Source of the DNA: an uncultured Clostridia bacterium
GTDB lineage: Bacteria; Bacillota; Clostridia; Christensenellales; CAG-917
Direction: 5' to 3'
Assembly: GCA_963545485.1 (NCBI GenBank)
Contig: CAUUJG010000005.1
Span: 5,890 to 69,889, forward strand
Length of the DNA: 64,000 nucleotides
A program made the translations under genes and the position numbers. The notes under the pieces were generated by a model, which did no database searches, had not been told where the DNA came from, and was given only the letters and a program-made list of their open reading frames with translations. Positions 1-10,414 of this stretch are shown piece by piece (positions within the stretch are counted from its first letter, which is position 1; each line of letters opens with the position of its first letter).

Positions 1-8
1 ATAGTCTG

Positions 9-1520
9 TTATGCCAACAGACTATGTCCTGTCATTTCTTTAGGAATTTTCATTCCAAGTAACTCAAGCATTGTTGGTGCAATATCACATAATTTTCCAT
101 CTTTAAGCTTGTGATTGTCTCCAACTAAAATCAATGGAACAGGATTGGTTGTATGAGCTGTGAATGGAGTTCCGTCATCATCAAACATATGATCTGCATT
201 TCCATGATCTGCTGTTATCAAAACCTTGCCTCCTTTTGCAATAATTGCATCAGTTACTTGCTTTGTACATTCATCAACAGCTTTAACAGCTTTTCTTGCA
301 GCATCAAAAATGCCAGTATGCCCTACCATATCACAATTTGCAAAGTTCAAAATCATTACATCATACTTTCCGCTATTTATAGCTTCAACAGCCTTATCAG
401 CAACTTCATATGCACTCATTTCAGGTTTTAAATCATATGTAGTAACTTTAGGTGAAGGAATTAATATTCTGTCTTCTCCCTCATTAGGTGCTTCAACTCC
501 TCCATTAAAGAAAAATGTCACATGGGCATATTTTTCAGTTTCGGCAATTCTGAACTGCTTCTTATCATTTTTAGCCAAATACTCTCCCAATGTATTTTCA
601 AGATTCCTTGGCTTAAATGCGATTCTAACATTCTTAAATGTGGCATCATATCTGGTGAATCCCACATAAAAAGGTTCTAAATATCCACCTTTTCTTTCAA
701 AGAAGCTGAAATCTTTTTCTGCAAGAGCTCTACTTATTTCTCTTGCTCTATCTGGTCTATAATTAAAGAAAATTACACTATCACCTTTTTGAATAGTTGC
801 AATTGGATGCCCATTTTCTTGTATTGATGTAGGGATAACAAATTCATCAGTTATATTGTTCTTGTAACTTTCCTTTATAGCTGCGATTACATCAGTAGAT
901 GTGTTGCCTTCTCCTTGAGTTAAGAGGTTATATGCTTTTTCAACTCTTTCCCAACGGTTGTCTCTATCCATTACATAAAAGCGTCCACAAATACTTGCTA
1001 TCTTCCCAACGCCTACCTTATCAATATATCCCTGCAGTTCTGTAAGAAATATTTCACCTGATGTCGGTGGAGTGTCACGACCATCAAGAAAACAATGTAT
1101 AAACACATTCTCTACTTTTTCTTTGGCAGCCATATCTATCAATGCTTTCAAGTGATCAAAATAGCTATGTACTCCGCCAGTTCCAAGAAGTCCCATAATA
1201 TGCAATTGTTTTCCATTTTTTGCATTATTCATTGCTGCAAGCAGTTCATCATTTTTAAAAAATGTACCTTCATCAATCTCTTTTGATATTTGAGTTAAAT
1301 CCTGATATACAATTCTACCTGCTCCCATATTCAGATGCCCGACTTCGCTATTTCCCATCTGTCCATCCGGTAATCCAACATTCAGTCCACTCGCTTGTAA
1401 TGTAGATACTGAAGCATGTTTCTTAATTTCATCTAAACAAGGAGTTCCTTGTACATATATTGCATTTGCCGGTGTCTCTGGAGCTATCCCGAAACCATCC
1501 ATTATTATCAATCCGACCAT
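9..1520 (-). CDS. gpmI: 2,3-bisphosphoglycerate-independent phosphoglycerate mutase
   Basis: 503-aa ORF with MDGFG, NSEVGHLNMGAGR and TADHGNA motifs typical of iPGM. It is the last gene of a pgk-tpiA-gpmI operon. Confidence 0.95.
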   Translation of the reverse strand: MVGLIIMDGFGIAPETPANAIYVQGTPCLDEIKKHASVSTLQASGLNVGLPDGQMGNSEVGHLNMGAGRIVYQDLTQISKEIDEGTFFKNDELLAAMNNAKNGKQLHIMGLLGTGGVHSYFDHLKALIDMAAKEKVENVFIHCFLDGRDTPPTSGEIFLTELQGYIDKVGVGKIASICGRFYVMDRDNRWERVEKAYNLLTQGEGNTSTDVIAAIKESYKNNITDEFVIPTSIQENGHPIATIQKGDSVIFFNYRPDRAREISRALAEKDFSFFERKGGYLEPFYVGFTRYDATFKNVRIAFKPRNLENTLGEYLAKNDKKQFRIAETEKYAHVTFFFNGGVEAPNEGEDRILIPSPKVTTYDLKPEMSAYEVADKAVEAINSGKYDVMILNFANCDMVGHTGIFDAARKAVKAVDECTKQVTDAIIAKGGKVLITADHGNADHMFDDDGTPFTAHTTNPVPLILVGDNHKLKDGKLCDIAPTMLELLGMKIPKEMTGHSLLA

Positions 1521-1543
1521 CTATATATCCCTTCTTTTATCTT

Positions 1544-2299
1544 TTATTTATTATATTTTACGACTTGTGAAAAATCCAAAGCTTTAAGAGATGCTCCTCC
1601 AATCAAACCGCCATCTATTTCTTCCATTGCCATAAGTTCTTTTGCATTCTTAGGATTCATGCTTCCGCCGTACTGTATTCTCATTTTGTCAGCTTCTGAT
1701 TGACCATACAATTTTGCAATTGTATCTCTAACGATTTTAATAGTGTCATTTGCTTGCTGTGCTGTTGCCGTTTTTCCTGTTCCTATCGCCCATACTGGTT
1801 CATATGCGATAACAATATTATTCAAATCTTTTACATCAATGTCTGCAAATGCTCCCGTTGTCTGCCTGACAAGTACCTCTTCTACTTTGTCGCCTTCTCT
1901 TTCAGCTAAAGTCTCACCTATACATATAATAGGCTTTAACCCTGCTACCAATGCAGCTTTTGCTCTTTTGTTGACGGTTTCATCAGTTTCATTAAAATAC
2001 TGTCTTCGTTCGCTGTGCCCTATAATTACATACTTTACCCCAAGTTCTTTGAGCATCTCTGCACTGATTTCTCCAGTATATGCTCCTTTTTCAGCCCAGT
2101 GAACATTTTCCGCTCCAACTGATATATTGCTATTTTTTGTAAGCTCTATGGCTTTTGCAAGAGATGTAAATGGTGCACATATTACAACTTCACAATCCGC
2201 ATCGGCTACTAGAGGCTTTAGATCCTTTAGCAATTCCTCTGTTTGTGCAATTGTATTATTCATTTTCCAGTTTCCTGCTATTATTGGTTTCCTACTCAT
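1544..2299 (-). CDS. tpiA: triosephosphate isomerase
   Basis: 251 aa with AGNWKMN, IIGHSERR and AYEPVWAIGTG signature motifs. Confidence 0.96.
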   Translation of the reverse strand: MSRKPIIAGNWKMNNTIAQTEELLKDLKPLVADADCEVVICAPFTSLAKAIELTKNSNISVGAENVHWAEKGAYTGEISAEMLKELGVKYVIIGHSERRQYFNETDETVNKRAKAALVAGLKPIICIGETLAEREGDKVEEVLVRQTTGAFADIDVKDLNNIVIAYEPVWAIGTGKTATAQQANDTIKIVRDTIAKLYGQSEADKMRIQYGGSMNPKNAKELMAMEEIDGGLIGGASLKALDFSQVVKYNK

Positions 2300-2323
2300 T
2301 TTTTATTTCCTCCAAATTTTTAT

Positions 2324-3622
2324 TTATTTGTTATTTAAACATGCAATGCCCGGCAACTCTTTTCCTTCAAGAAATTCAAGCGAAGCTCCACCACCAGTTG
2401 ATATGTGTGATATCTTATCTGCATATCCTAAAATTGCAACTGCCGCAGCACTATCTCCACCACCGATAATTGTTGTTGCCTTTGCTTTTGATAAAGCTTC
2501 TGCGATAGCTTCTGTTCCTTTCGCAAAAGTTGGCATTTCAAATACACCCATAGGTCCATTCCATACAACCGTCTTTGCTTTTAAAATTTCATCACTAAAT
2601 AACTTAATTGATTTTGGTCCTATATCAAGTCCCTGCCACCCTTCTGGAATATTTCCTTCTACAACTTTCGTATTTGCATTATTATCAAATGCATCCGCAA
2701 TAATATTATCGACTGGCAATAATAACTTTACTCCTTTTGCTTTTGCTTTCTCTAACAATGTCTTTGCTAATTCAATTCTATCTGATTCAAGAAGTGAGTC
2801 TCCTACATTTTTTCCTAATGAATTAAGGAATGTATACGCCATCCCACCACCAATAATTATTGTATCGCATTTTTCAATAAGGTTTTCTATTACCTTAATT
2901 TTGTCGCTAACTTTGGCTCCTCCCAAGATTGCAACCAATGGTCTCTTTGGATTGTTGATTGCAGACCCAAGAAACTCAAGTTCTTTTTCTATGAGGAATC
3001 CACTGACTGCATCTTTTACAAATCCATACTGTACGATACCTGCTGTTGTCGCATGGGCTCTATGTGCAGTTCCAAAAGCATCATTTACATATATATCGCA
3101 AAATTCTGAAAGTTTTTTACACAATTCTGCGTCGTTCTTTTCTTCACCCTTCTCAAATCTTGTATTCTCTAAAAGAACACATTCTCCATCTTTTAATGCT
3201 GCAACCTTCTTTTTTGCGTCTTCTCCAACTAGGTCTTCAGCAAATGTAACCTTATTATTCAAAAGTTGATTTAATCTTTCTGCAACAGGTTTTAAAGTAA
3301 ATTTTTCCTTATCTGTTTTTAGTGCTTTCTCCAAAAATTCTTTTGTCTTGGCTTCTTTTTCATTCTCAGGTAGGCTTTCAACTAGTTTCTTTTCTTTTTT
3401 TGTTAAACCAAAACCCTCAGAAAATATATTGTGAGGCTTCCCCATATGTGAGCAAAGAATTACTTTTGCTTCATGCTCCATCAAATATTTTATAGTTGGA
3501 AGTGCCCCATTAATTCTATTTTCATCCGTTATCTTGCCATCCTTCATAGGTACATTAAAATCAACTCTTACAAGGCATCTTTTGCCTTTCACATTAATAT
3601 CTTTAACTGTTTTCTTATCCAT
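2324..3622 (-). CDS. pgk: phosphoglycerate kinase (with lineage-specific ~37-aa insertion)
   Basis: 432 aa with [26 protein letters not shown] and [14 protein letters not shown] motifs. There is extra Lys/Glu-rich sequence between SHMGKP and FTLKPVA. Confidence 0.95.
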   Translation of the reverse strand: MDKKTVKDINVKGKRCLVRVDFNVPMKDGKITDENRINGALPTIKYLMEHEAKVILCSHMGKPHNIFSEGFGLTKKEKKLVESLPENEKEAKTKEFLEKALKTDKEKFTLKPVAERLNQLLNNKVTFAEDLVGEDAKKKVAALKDGECVLLENTRFEKGEEKNDAELCKKLSEFCDIYVNDAFGTAHRAHATTAGIVQYGFVKDAVSGFLIEKELEFLGSAINNPKRPLVAILGGAKVSDKIKVIENLIEKCDTIIIGGGMAYTFLNSLGKNVGDSLLESDRIELAKTLLEKAKAKGVKLLLPVDNIIADAFDNNANTKVVEGNIPEGWQGLDIGPKSIKLFSDEILKAKTVVWNGPMGVFEMPTFAKGTEAIAEALSKAKATTIIGGGDSAAAVAILGYADKISHISTGGGASLEFLEGKELPGIACLNNK

Positions 3623-3879
3623 TTGGAATTCTCCTTAAAAATTATTTATTAATTATAACATGCTCAAAACGGCATTCTCAATTTTTTTAAGCACTGTTTA
3701 TGTTTATTTTATTAACAACATGTTTTTTATTTCTTATATAAATATTCTATATTGTTAGTGTTTTAGACATTCTAATCCGATATATATTGTTTAAAGTAAC
3801 TCGTTATAACTTCTCACTAATATTTTTTAACATCGTATAAATTGACTACCACTTATTCTTGGTTTAAATTAATTAACGG

Positions 3880-5385
3880 ATGGATAAACGACTTATTATA
3901 TTTGATACTACCCTTAGAGATGGCGAGCAATCTCCTGGCTGTTCTATGCATTTAAAAGAAAAACTTGATTTTGCAGAAGCTTTAGAATCTCTCGGCGTTG
4001 ATGTCATAGAAATAGGTTTCCCAGCAAGTTCTAAAGAGGACTTCATTTCATGTGTAGAAATATCCAAAGTCCTAAAAAATTCTTCAATTGCCGCTTTATG
4101 TCGTTGCAATAAAGCTGACATAGAAAAAGCATACGAGGCAATTAAAGATGCAAAAAAACCTAGGTTACATGTATTTATAGCCACATCCGATATCCATTTA
4201 AAATCAAAACTGCACATTTCTCGTGATGAATGTATTCAAAAAATATTTGAAAGCACAAGATTTGCAAAATCTCTTGTATCAGATATCGAATTTTCTTTTG
4301 AAGACGCAACAAGGACGGATGTTTCATTTTTAATTAAAGCCGCAAAGACGGCAGTATCAGCCGGAGCGAATACTGTAAACTTTCCAGACACTGTAGGATT
4401 CAGCTTCCCAGAAGAAATGACTGTGATGATTTCAGCTTTAAGAAAAGAGCTCCCAAGTAATATTATAATATCCACACATTGTCATAATGATCTAGGGCTT
4501 GCAGTTGCAAATAGTATTGCCGCTATTAAAAGTGGTGCCGAACAAGTTGAGTGTACCGTCGGTGGAATTGGTGAACGTGCAGGAAATGCTGCTCTTGAAG
4601 AAATTGTCGTTGCTCTTAAAGTAAAAGGCTATCCAATTAAACATAATATAGACTTCTCTAAAATATATAAGACATCCAGACTGCTTTCTTCTATTCTTGG
4701 AAGAAAAATTTCTCCAAACAAACCGATTGTAGGTGCAAATGCCTTTATACACGAATCCGGCATACATCAACATGGAATAATACAAGATAAAGAAACATAC
4801 CAAATAATAAACCCTGAAGATGTAGGTATTTTTGAAAACAATCTTGTTTTAGGTAAGCATAGTGGGAGACATGCATTTTTAAATTTACTAAATGAAATGG
4901 GTTATCAACTAGAACAAAACGAAGTTGATTTTTATTTTGATAAATACAAAAACCTCGCTGAAAAGAAAAAAACTATAACAAGAAATGATATTGATGCTCT
5001 ACTTGTAGGTATTGGAAAAAGAAAAATTAAAAGGCTATTCTCTCTTCTGGACTATGAAATAACCGCATATTCATCCTCTTCTAATGCAACTATTACTTTA
5101 GAAACTAATGGAACAAGGATTACAGAAAGAATGACAGGCGACGGACCTGTAGATGCAGCTTTTAAAGCAATACTTTCAATAATCGGAGAAAATTTTAATC
5201 TTGTAGACTACAATGTTAATTCAATCACTGAGGGTAAAGATGCTTTAGGTGAGGCTATCGTCAGACTAAAATTCAATGATAGAACTTTATCAGGCAAAGG
5301 AGTATCCACAGATGTACTGGAAGCTTCTATTCTTGCTTATCTTGATGCTGCAAACAAGCTAATTGAGGTTGAATATGAAAATTGA
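3880..5385 (+). CDS. leuA: 2-isopropylmalate synthase
   Basis: 501 aa with LRDGEQSPG and HCHNDLGLAVANS (HMGL-like TIM barrel) plus a C-terminal LeuA-dimer-type regulatory region. Confidence 0.88.
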   Translation: MDKRLIIFDTTLRDGEQSPGCSMHLKEKLDFAEALESLGVDVIEIGFPASSKEDFISCVEISKVLKNSSIAALCRCNKADIEKAYEAIKDAKKPRLHVFIATSDIHLKSKLHISRDECIQKIFESTRFAKSLVSDIEFSFEDATRTDVSFLIKAAKTAVSAGANTVNFPDTVGFSFPEEMTVMISALRKELPSNIIISTHCHNDLGLAVANSIAAIKSGAEQVECTVGGIGERAGNAALEEIVVALKVKGYPIKHNIDFSKIYKTSRLLSSILGRKISPNKPIVGANAFIHESGIHQHGIIQDKETYQIINPEDVGIFENNLVLGKHSGRHAFLNLLNEMGYQLEQNEVDFYFDKYKNLAEKKKTITRNDIDALLVGIGKRKIKRLFSLLDYEITAYSSSSNATITLETNGTRITERMTGDGPVDAAFKAILSIIGENFNLVDYNVNSITEGKDALGEAIVRLKFNDRTLSGKGVSTDVLEASILAYLDAANKLIEVEYEN

Positions 5386-6901
5386 ATTTCTTGATACAAC
5401 TCTTCGTGATGGTGCTCAATCAGAAGGAATTTCATATTCCAAGCTAGATAAAAAAATAATATCAGATCTGCTTATTAATTTCGGCATAGACTACATTGAG
5501 TGCGGTGATCCCTCTTCCAATCCTAAAGACAAAGAATTCTTTAAAACTTATTCTTTCAACAAGTATGTAGCTTTTTCTGGTACTCACAGAAAAACAATAT
5601 CCGTATCAGAGGATCCTTCAATACAAACTCTAATAGAAGCAAATACGAAATACTGCACAATATTTGGGAAATCAGGAATATTGCTTGCAAAAAAAATTCT
5701 AAATATTTCAGAAAGTGAAAATTTAAAACTAATTAACGATACGATTTCATATTTGGTTTCAAAAGGAAAAACTGTTTTCTATGATGCAGAACATTTTTTT
5801 GATTCATACAAAAGCAACCGTAAATATGCTTTAAAAACTATTGAAACAGCTTATTCAGCAGGTGCTGATGCTATAGTCCTCTGTGATACGAATGGTGGTA
5901 CTCTTCCAGAAGACATTAAAACTGCTGTAAAAGATGTGAAAACTTTATTCCCAAAAATGAAAATTGGAATTCATACACACAATGATATCGGCTGTGCAGA
6001 TATATCTTCAATTGCTGCAATTGAAGCTGGAGCAACACATATTCAGGGAACTTTTTTAGGATTTGGTGAAAGATGCGGAAATGCAAATTTGTCTAATATT
6101 ATTCCAACTCTCGTTTTTAAACTTGGATTTAATTTGGATGTAAAAATGGAAACCCTAACTTCAACAGCTAGAGAAATCGCAAATATATCAAATATAAATC
6201 TAAATCCACATATGCCATATGTGGGCAATTCTGCATTTACGCATAAAGCCGGAACTCATACAGATGGAATTTTAAAAATGCCTCACTCTTTTGAGCATAT
6301 AACTCCATCTGCAGTGGGCAACAGCAGTCATATACTATTGAGTGAAATTTCAGGAAAAGCTGCAATGGCAAGAAAACTTTCAAGCATCCTTCCTAATATT
6401 GAAAAAACTGATGCTCGTGTTGAAAAAATTCTTAAAGTCATAAAAGAAATGGAACTAAATGGATATCAGTTTGAAGGTGCAGATGCCAGTCTTCTTTTAT
6501 TAGCTAAAAAAGAATTAAAGATATTCAAACCTTCATTTAAACTAATTAATTACTCTATAACCTCTAATGAAAATAAAAATATAGCAACTGTTACAATAGA
6601 AGTTAATAACAAGCAATATACAAACACAAGTGAAGGGAATGGACCAGTTCACGCCCTTGATAAAGCTCTAAGAAGTACTCTCTTTGGAGTTTATCCCCAA
6701 ATAAATGACTTCAAGCTTGAAGACTACAAAGTTCGTGTAATTGATTCCAATATGGCTACCGGTGCTCTAGTACGAGTTGTTATAACATCGAAAGATTCAA
6801 CAAATATATGGAAAACCGTCGGAGTGTCGACCGATGTAATTAAAGCTTCTTGGTTTGCTTTGTCTGATAGTTTTGAATTTAAGCTACAAAAAATTAAGTA
6901 A
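5375..6901 (+). CDS. citramalate synthase / LeuA-family paralogue
   Basis: LRDGAQSEG and HTHNDIGCA motifs with a C-terminal regulatory domain. The ATG at 5375 is preceded by GAGG and overlaps the leuA stop by 11 nt. The ORF track starts at a TTG at 5363. Confidence 0.8.
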   Translation: MKIEFLDTTLRDGAQSEGISYSKLDKKIISDLLINFGIDYIECGDPSSNPKDKEFFKTYSFNKYVAFSGTHRKTISVSEDPSIQTLIEANTKYCTIFGKSGILLAKKILNISESENLKLINDTISYLVSKGKTVFYDAEHFFDSYKSNRKYALKTIETAYSAGADAIVLCDTNGGTLPEDIKTAVKDVKTLFPKMKIGIHTHNDIGCADISSIAAIEAGATHIQGTFLGFGERCGNANLSNIIPTLVFKLGFNLDVKMETLTSTAREIANISNINLNPHMPYVGNSAFTHKAGTHTDGILKMPHSFEHITPSAVGNSSHILLSEISGKAAMARKLSSILPNIEKTDARVEKILKVIKEMELNGYQFEGADASLLLLAKKELKIFKPSFKLINYSITSNENKNIATVTIEVNNKQYTNTSEGNGPVHALDKALRSTLFGVYPQINDFKLEDYKVRVIDSNMATGALVRVVITSKDSTNIWKTVGVSTDVIKASWFALSDSFEFKLQKIK

Positions 6902-6903
6902 TT

Positions 6904-7137
6904 TTATTTCTTTAAAGCATTTGTTATATAATCAACAACATCGCCCACACCGCTAAAATTGAGAACTACAGAATTATCAAATTCCATTCCAAATTCATCT
7001 TCAGCACACATTAATAATTCAACTATATCCAAACTGTCTATTCTCAAATCATCAACAAATTTTGTTTTAAGCGTAATCCTATCAGGGTCAATATTTAACT
7101 GCTCTGCCATCATCTTACGTATCTTTTCAAAAATCAT
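6904..7137 (-). CDS. acpP: acyl carrier protein
   Basis: 77-aa acidic protein with the phosphopantetheine attachment motif DSLDIVEL. Confidence 0.85.
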   Translation of the reverse strand: MIFEKIRKMMAEQLNIDPDRITLKTKFVDDLRIDSLDIVELLMCAEDEFGMEFDNSVVLNFSGVGDVVDYITNALKK

Positions 7138-7612
7138 TTTCCACCGCCTCTAATGAAATTTCATAACCTTTTATTTCTTGTTTTTCACTGCACACTGAAA
7201 GATAATATTTTTCATATAAAATAAATGTTTCATATGTAAGTGAATTATCTACTGGTTCCTTTTTTATTCCTGTCCCCAAATACTTATAATATGCTTCATG
7301 CTTTGTCCATTCTTTATAAAATGTATCCAAACAATCAGCCTTTATAAATTTAATCTTATTATAGTCCCTTTCCCTTCCCCACTCAATATCGATACCAACA
7401 TTTCTATCTGACATTGCTATCGCTGTAACATCTTCACTATGTGACAAAGAAAAATATATATTCGCACAACTAAGTCTAGGTTTTTTAGCAAACTCTCTAA
7501 TTATCTTAACATCATCTTTAATTTCACAACCGTTCAAGGCAATAAAATTCATGTATGCAAAACGAACCAGCTTATCACTGTTCACTTTACCTTTGACTAT
7601 AAAGATAATCAC
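7127..7612 (-). CDS. 4'-phosphopantetheinyl transferase family protein
   Basis: 161 aa with GIDIE and WTKHEAYYKYLG (W-x-x-KEA-x-x-K) PPTase motifs. It overlaps the downstream ACP gene by 11 nt. Confidence 0.7.
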   Translation of the reverse strand: MIIFIVKGKVNSDKLVRFAYMNFIALNGCEIKDDVKIIREFAKKPRLSCANIYFSLSHSEDVTAIAMSDRNVGIDIEWGRERDYNKIKFIKADCLDTFYKEWTKHEAYYKYLGTGIKKEPVDNSLTYETFILYEKYYLSVCSEKQEIKGYEISLEAVENDF

Positions 7613-9130
7613 TTAATTATTTATCCTTCCGTATATATTGTTTAAATCATAGTAGTACCCGGTATCAATTGTTCCCATCTGTTCATATATAACTCTAAAC
7701 TTCCAATTTCCGTCAGATGTTCCCGGAATATTCATCCTTGTATCTCCACCGTAACCCAACAAATCCTGAATCGGAATAATCACCATTCCGGCTGATGACC
7801 GTATTAATGTTTTTATGACAGCTTTATTTGACTGACATTCTCTTCCCCCTATGCCCCAACCTGAGCCATAAAAATCACAATACTTTAAAGCAAAAGATCT
7901 TGCTCCTTCATTTTGATTATACAGCCAATCAAGCAATGTAGTGTTGTCATGTGTCCCAGTATATGCAACACAATTTTTAATATAATTATGTGGAATATGA
8001 ATATTCATAGTTCCATCAAATGCGAACTGAAAAATTCTCATTGTTGGCAATCCGGTATTATCCAAAAATTCTCTGCACTTCTCATCAAGATTCCCAAGAT
8101 CTTCAAGAATTATTTCTTTATCACTATTATCCTTTATAAATAAATTTACAAGTTCTTTTCCTGGTCCCTGTTTCCATTTGCCATTCTCAGCAGTTATATT
8201 CCCATATGGTATCTCAAAATAATTATATAGTGCTCTGGCATGATCGATTCGCAATGAATCATACATATTAAATGCGTGTTTTACTCTACTTCTCAAAAAT
8301 GCATATTCATCTTCCTTCATGTTTTTAAAGTTATATATAACATTACCCCAAACCTGCCCGTCTTTTGCAAAAGCATCACCCGGCACACCTGATACATATC
8401 GTGGAAGATCTGTTTTAGGATCCAATGCAAAATCTTTTTGATTAGCCCATACATCAGCTGAGTCCGTTGCAACATAGTACGGCAAATCTCCAATTATCTT
8501 AATTCCTCTTGCATTTGCTTTCTCCTTTATTGCATTCCACTGTTTAAAAAACTCATATTGTTCAAAAAAATAGAACTGCACATCGTTTTCATGTTTTTTA
8601 TAATATGATTCTATCGCTTCAGCATTATGTTCCTTTAAACCTTTTTCCCAAGTTGTCCAATCAGTTGAATGATATTTTGCTATATGCATAAAAAGAGCAT
8701 AATCTTTTAACCACTTCTCTTTTGTTGAGAATGTTAATATTTCTTTTCTTAACTTCTCATCAACTCTTAAATATGCCTGCCATAAATATCTTTCAGAGTT
8801 ACTATACGCAAACGCATAATCGACATTATATGGTTGACCGCTATATTTATAACTTTCAACTTCTTCCGGTGATAGCAAACCATCACGCATTAATCCTAAT
8901 GGAGAAATGTACAACCTATTTCCTGCAAAAGATGAGAGTCCTGAATATGGAGAATTTCCAGCTCCTATTATAGTTATAGGCAACACTTGCCAACATTGAC
9001 ATCCCATATCAACAAGTAAATCAATAAAAGTATCAGCATCTTTTGAAAAACACCCTATGCCAAATTCACTTGGCAAAGATGATATATTCATTAAAACACC
9101 CATTTGTCTCTTGAGTTCTTTTTGCATCAA
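7613..9130 (-). CDS. malQ: 4-alpha-glucanotransferase (GH77 amylomaltase)
   Basis: 505 aa with conserved GH77 blocks (LRIDHARAL, GDLPYYV, EDLG, YTGTHDN). Confidence 0.92.
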   Translation of the reverse strand: MMQKELKRQMGVLMNISSLPSEFGIGCFSKDADTFIDLLVDMGCQCWQVLPITIIGAGNSPYSGLSSFAGNRLYISPLGLMRDGLLSPEEVESYKYSGQPYNVDYAFAYSNSERYLWQAYLRVDEKLRKEILTFSTKEKWLKDYALFMHIAKYHSTDWTTWEKGLKEHNAEAIESYYKKHENDVQFYFFEQYEFFKQWNAIKEKANARGIKIIGDLPYYVATDSADVWANQKDFALDPKTDLPRYVSGVPGDAFAKDGQVWGNVIYNFKNMKEDEYAFLRSRVKHAFNMYDSLRIDHARALYNYFEIPYGNITAENGKWKQGPGKELVNLFIKDNSDKEIILEDLGNLDEKCREFLDNTGLPTMRIFQFAFDGTMNIHIPHNYIKNCVAYTGTHDNTTLLDWLYNQNEGARSFALKYCDFYGSGWGIGGRECQSNKAVIKTLIRSSAGMVIIPIQDLLGYGGDTRMNIPGTSDGNWKFRVIYEQMGTIDTGYYYDLNNIYGRINN

Positions 9131-10404
9131 TCTTCCACCCTTATCACCGCAGCTACAGATTCAACTCCAACTAATTGTGAAATTTCATCAAGTGCATTCT
9201 TCATAGATTTCTCTCTTGTTTCATGTGTAATGAAAAGAATAGATACATTTTTCTTTTTTGAGTCTTTCTGTACAAGAGACTTAATTGATATCTTATTCTT
9301 TGAGAAAACTGCGGCAATTGCACTTAATATACCTTCATTATCATCAACCAAAATCCTAACATAATATTTAGAAATGAAATTATATTCAAAATCGTTTTTG
9401 TCTATGTCAAGAACTTCTTCCCATGCATAACGTCTATGTTCAGTTACCGTAGCTGCATATACAATATCGCTCACAATTGCACTTCCTGTTGGAAAAGAGC
9501 CTGCACCTCTACCATACAACATTACATCATCAACATTATCCCCATGCATAAAGAGAGCATTAAATGAACCTTGAACTTGAGCCAATGGATGTTCACTTGG
9601 TATAAAGGCAGGATGAACTCTCGCTTCAATTTTACCATCAATACACTTTGAAATTGCCAATAACTTCAATGTATATCCCATATCTGTGCCAGCTTCCATA
9701 TCTTCTAACGAAATATTTGAAATGCCTTCTCTATATATCATATCTATAGGCACCCTTTTCTTATATGCCAATGAACTTAATATGCTGTTTTTATACATCG
9801 CATCAAAACCATCAACATCAGCAGATGGGTTCGCTTCTGCATATCCAAGCTTCTGTGCATCTTTTAAACATGTAGCATAATCAACTTTCTCTTTTATCAT
9901 CCTTGATAAAATATAGTTAGTTGTACCATTTACAATACCTTTCAATGAAACTATATTATTACCCTGCATACTTTCTGTTAAAGCTCTAATCACAGGAACA
10001 CCACCAACACAGCTGGCTTCAAAATATATTCCTGCATTCCCTTCTCTTGCGGCTTTTTCTAATTCAGACCAACTTTTTGCCAGCATTTCTTTATTTGCCG
10101 TTACTATGCTTTTCCCACTTTTTAAACACTTTATCAAAAATGTTTTTGCGGGATCAATTCCACCAAAAAATTCCGCAACAATTTGAATATTCTTATCTTC
10201 CACTATTTCATCAATACTTTTCGCAACCATTGATTTCGGGATCTTAAGTTCTTTTAATCTCTCTTGATTTTTTTCAAGCACTTTCACAACTTCTATCTCT
10301 ACTTTATCATTGTTTGCAATATATTCTCTTTTGTTATGCAAAATACGATATGTGCCACTTCCAACTACACCTAATCCCAGCAACGCAACTTTTACCTGTT
10401 TCAC
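9127..10404 (-). CDS. hom: homoserine dehydrogenase
   Basis: 425 aa with an N-terminal GLGVVGSG Rossmann motif, a central homoserine-DH catalytic region and a C-terminal ACT-like domain. Confidence 0.92.
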   Translation of the reverse strand: MKQVKVALLGLGVVGSGTYRILHNKREYIANNDKVEIEVVKVLEKNQERLKELKIPKSMVAKSIDEIVEDKNIQIVAEFFGGIDPAKTFLIKCLKSGKSIVTANKEMLAKSWSELEKAAREGNAGIYFEASCVGGVPVIRALTESMQGNNIVSLKGIVNGTTNYILSRMIKEKVDYATCLKDAQKLGYAEANPSADVDGFDAMYKNSILSSLAYKKRVPIDMIYREGISNISLEDMEAGTDMGYTLKLLAISKCIDGKIEARVHPAFIPSEHPLAQVQGSFNALFMHGDNVDDVMLYGRGAGSFPTGSAIVSDIVYAATVTEHRRYAWEEVLDIDKNDFEYNFISKYYVRILVDDNEGILSAIAAVFSKNKISIKSLVQKDSKKKNVSILFITHETREKSMKNALDEISQLVGVESVAAVIRVED

Positions 10405-10414
10405 TAATTATCTC

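Noticed and set aside
1-25. A perfect 10-bp inverted repeat, ATAGTCTGTT-ATGCC-AACAGACTAT, overlapping the gpmI stop codon.
   Set aside because: It is plausibly the gpmI terminator stem, but the downstream U-tract would lie outside the window, so it cannot be evaluated.
2127-3269. Long antisense ORFs in the track: 2127-3269 (380 aa), 226-669, 10479-10943, 22335-22880, 44717-45133 and 46341-46907, among others.
   Set aside because: Each lies fully inside, and antisense to, a gene with unmistakable family motifs. The translations are low-complexity (Ser/Phe/Ile/Leu-rich) with no motifs, which is typical of shadow ORFs in AT-rich DNA.
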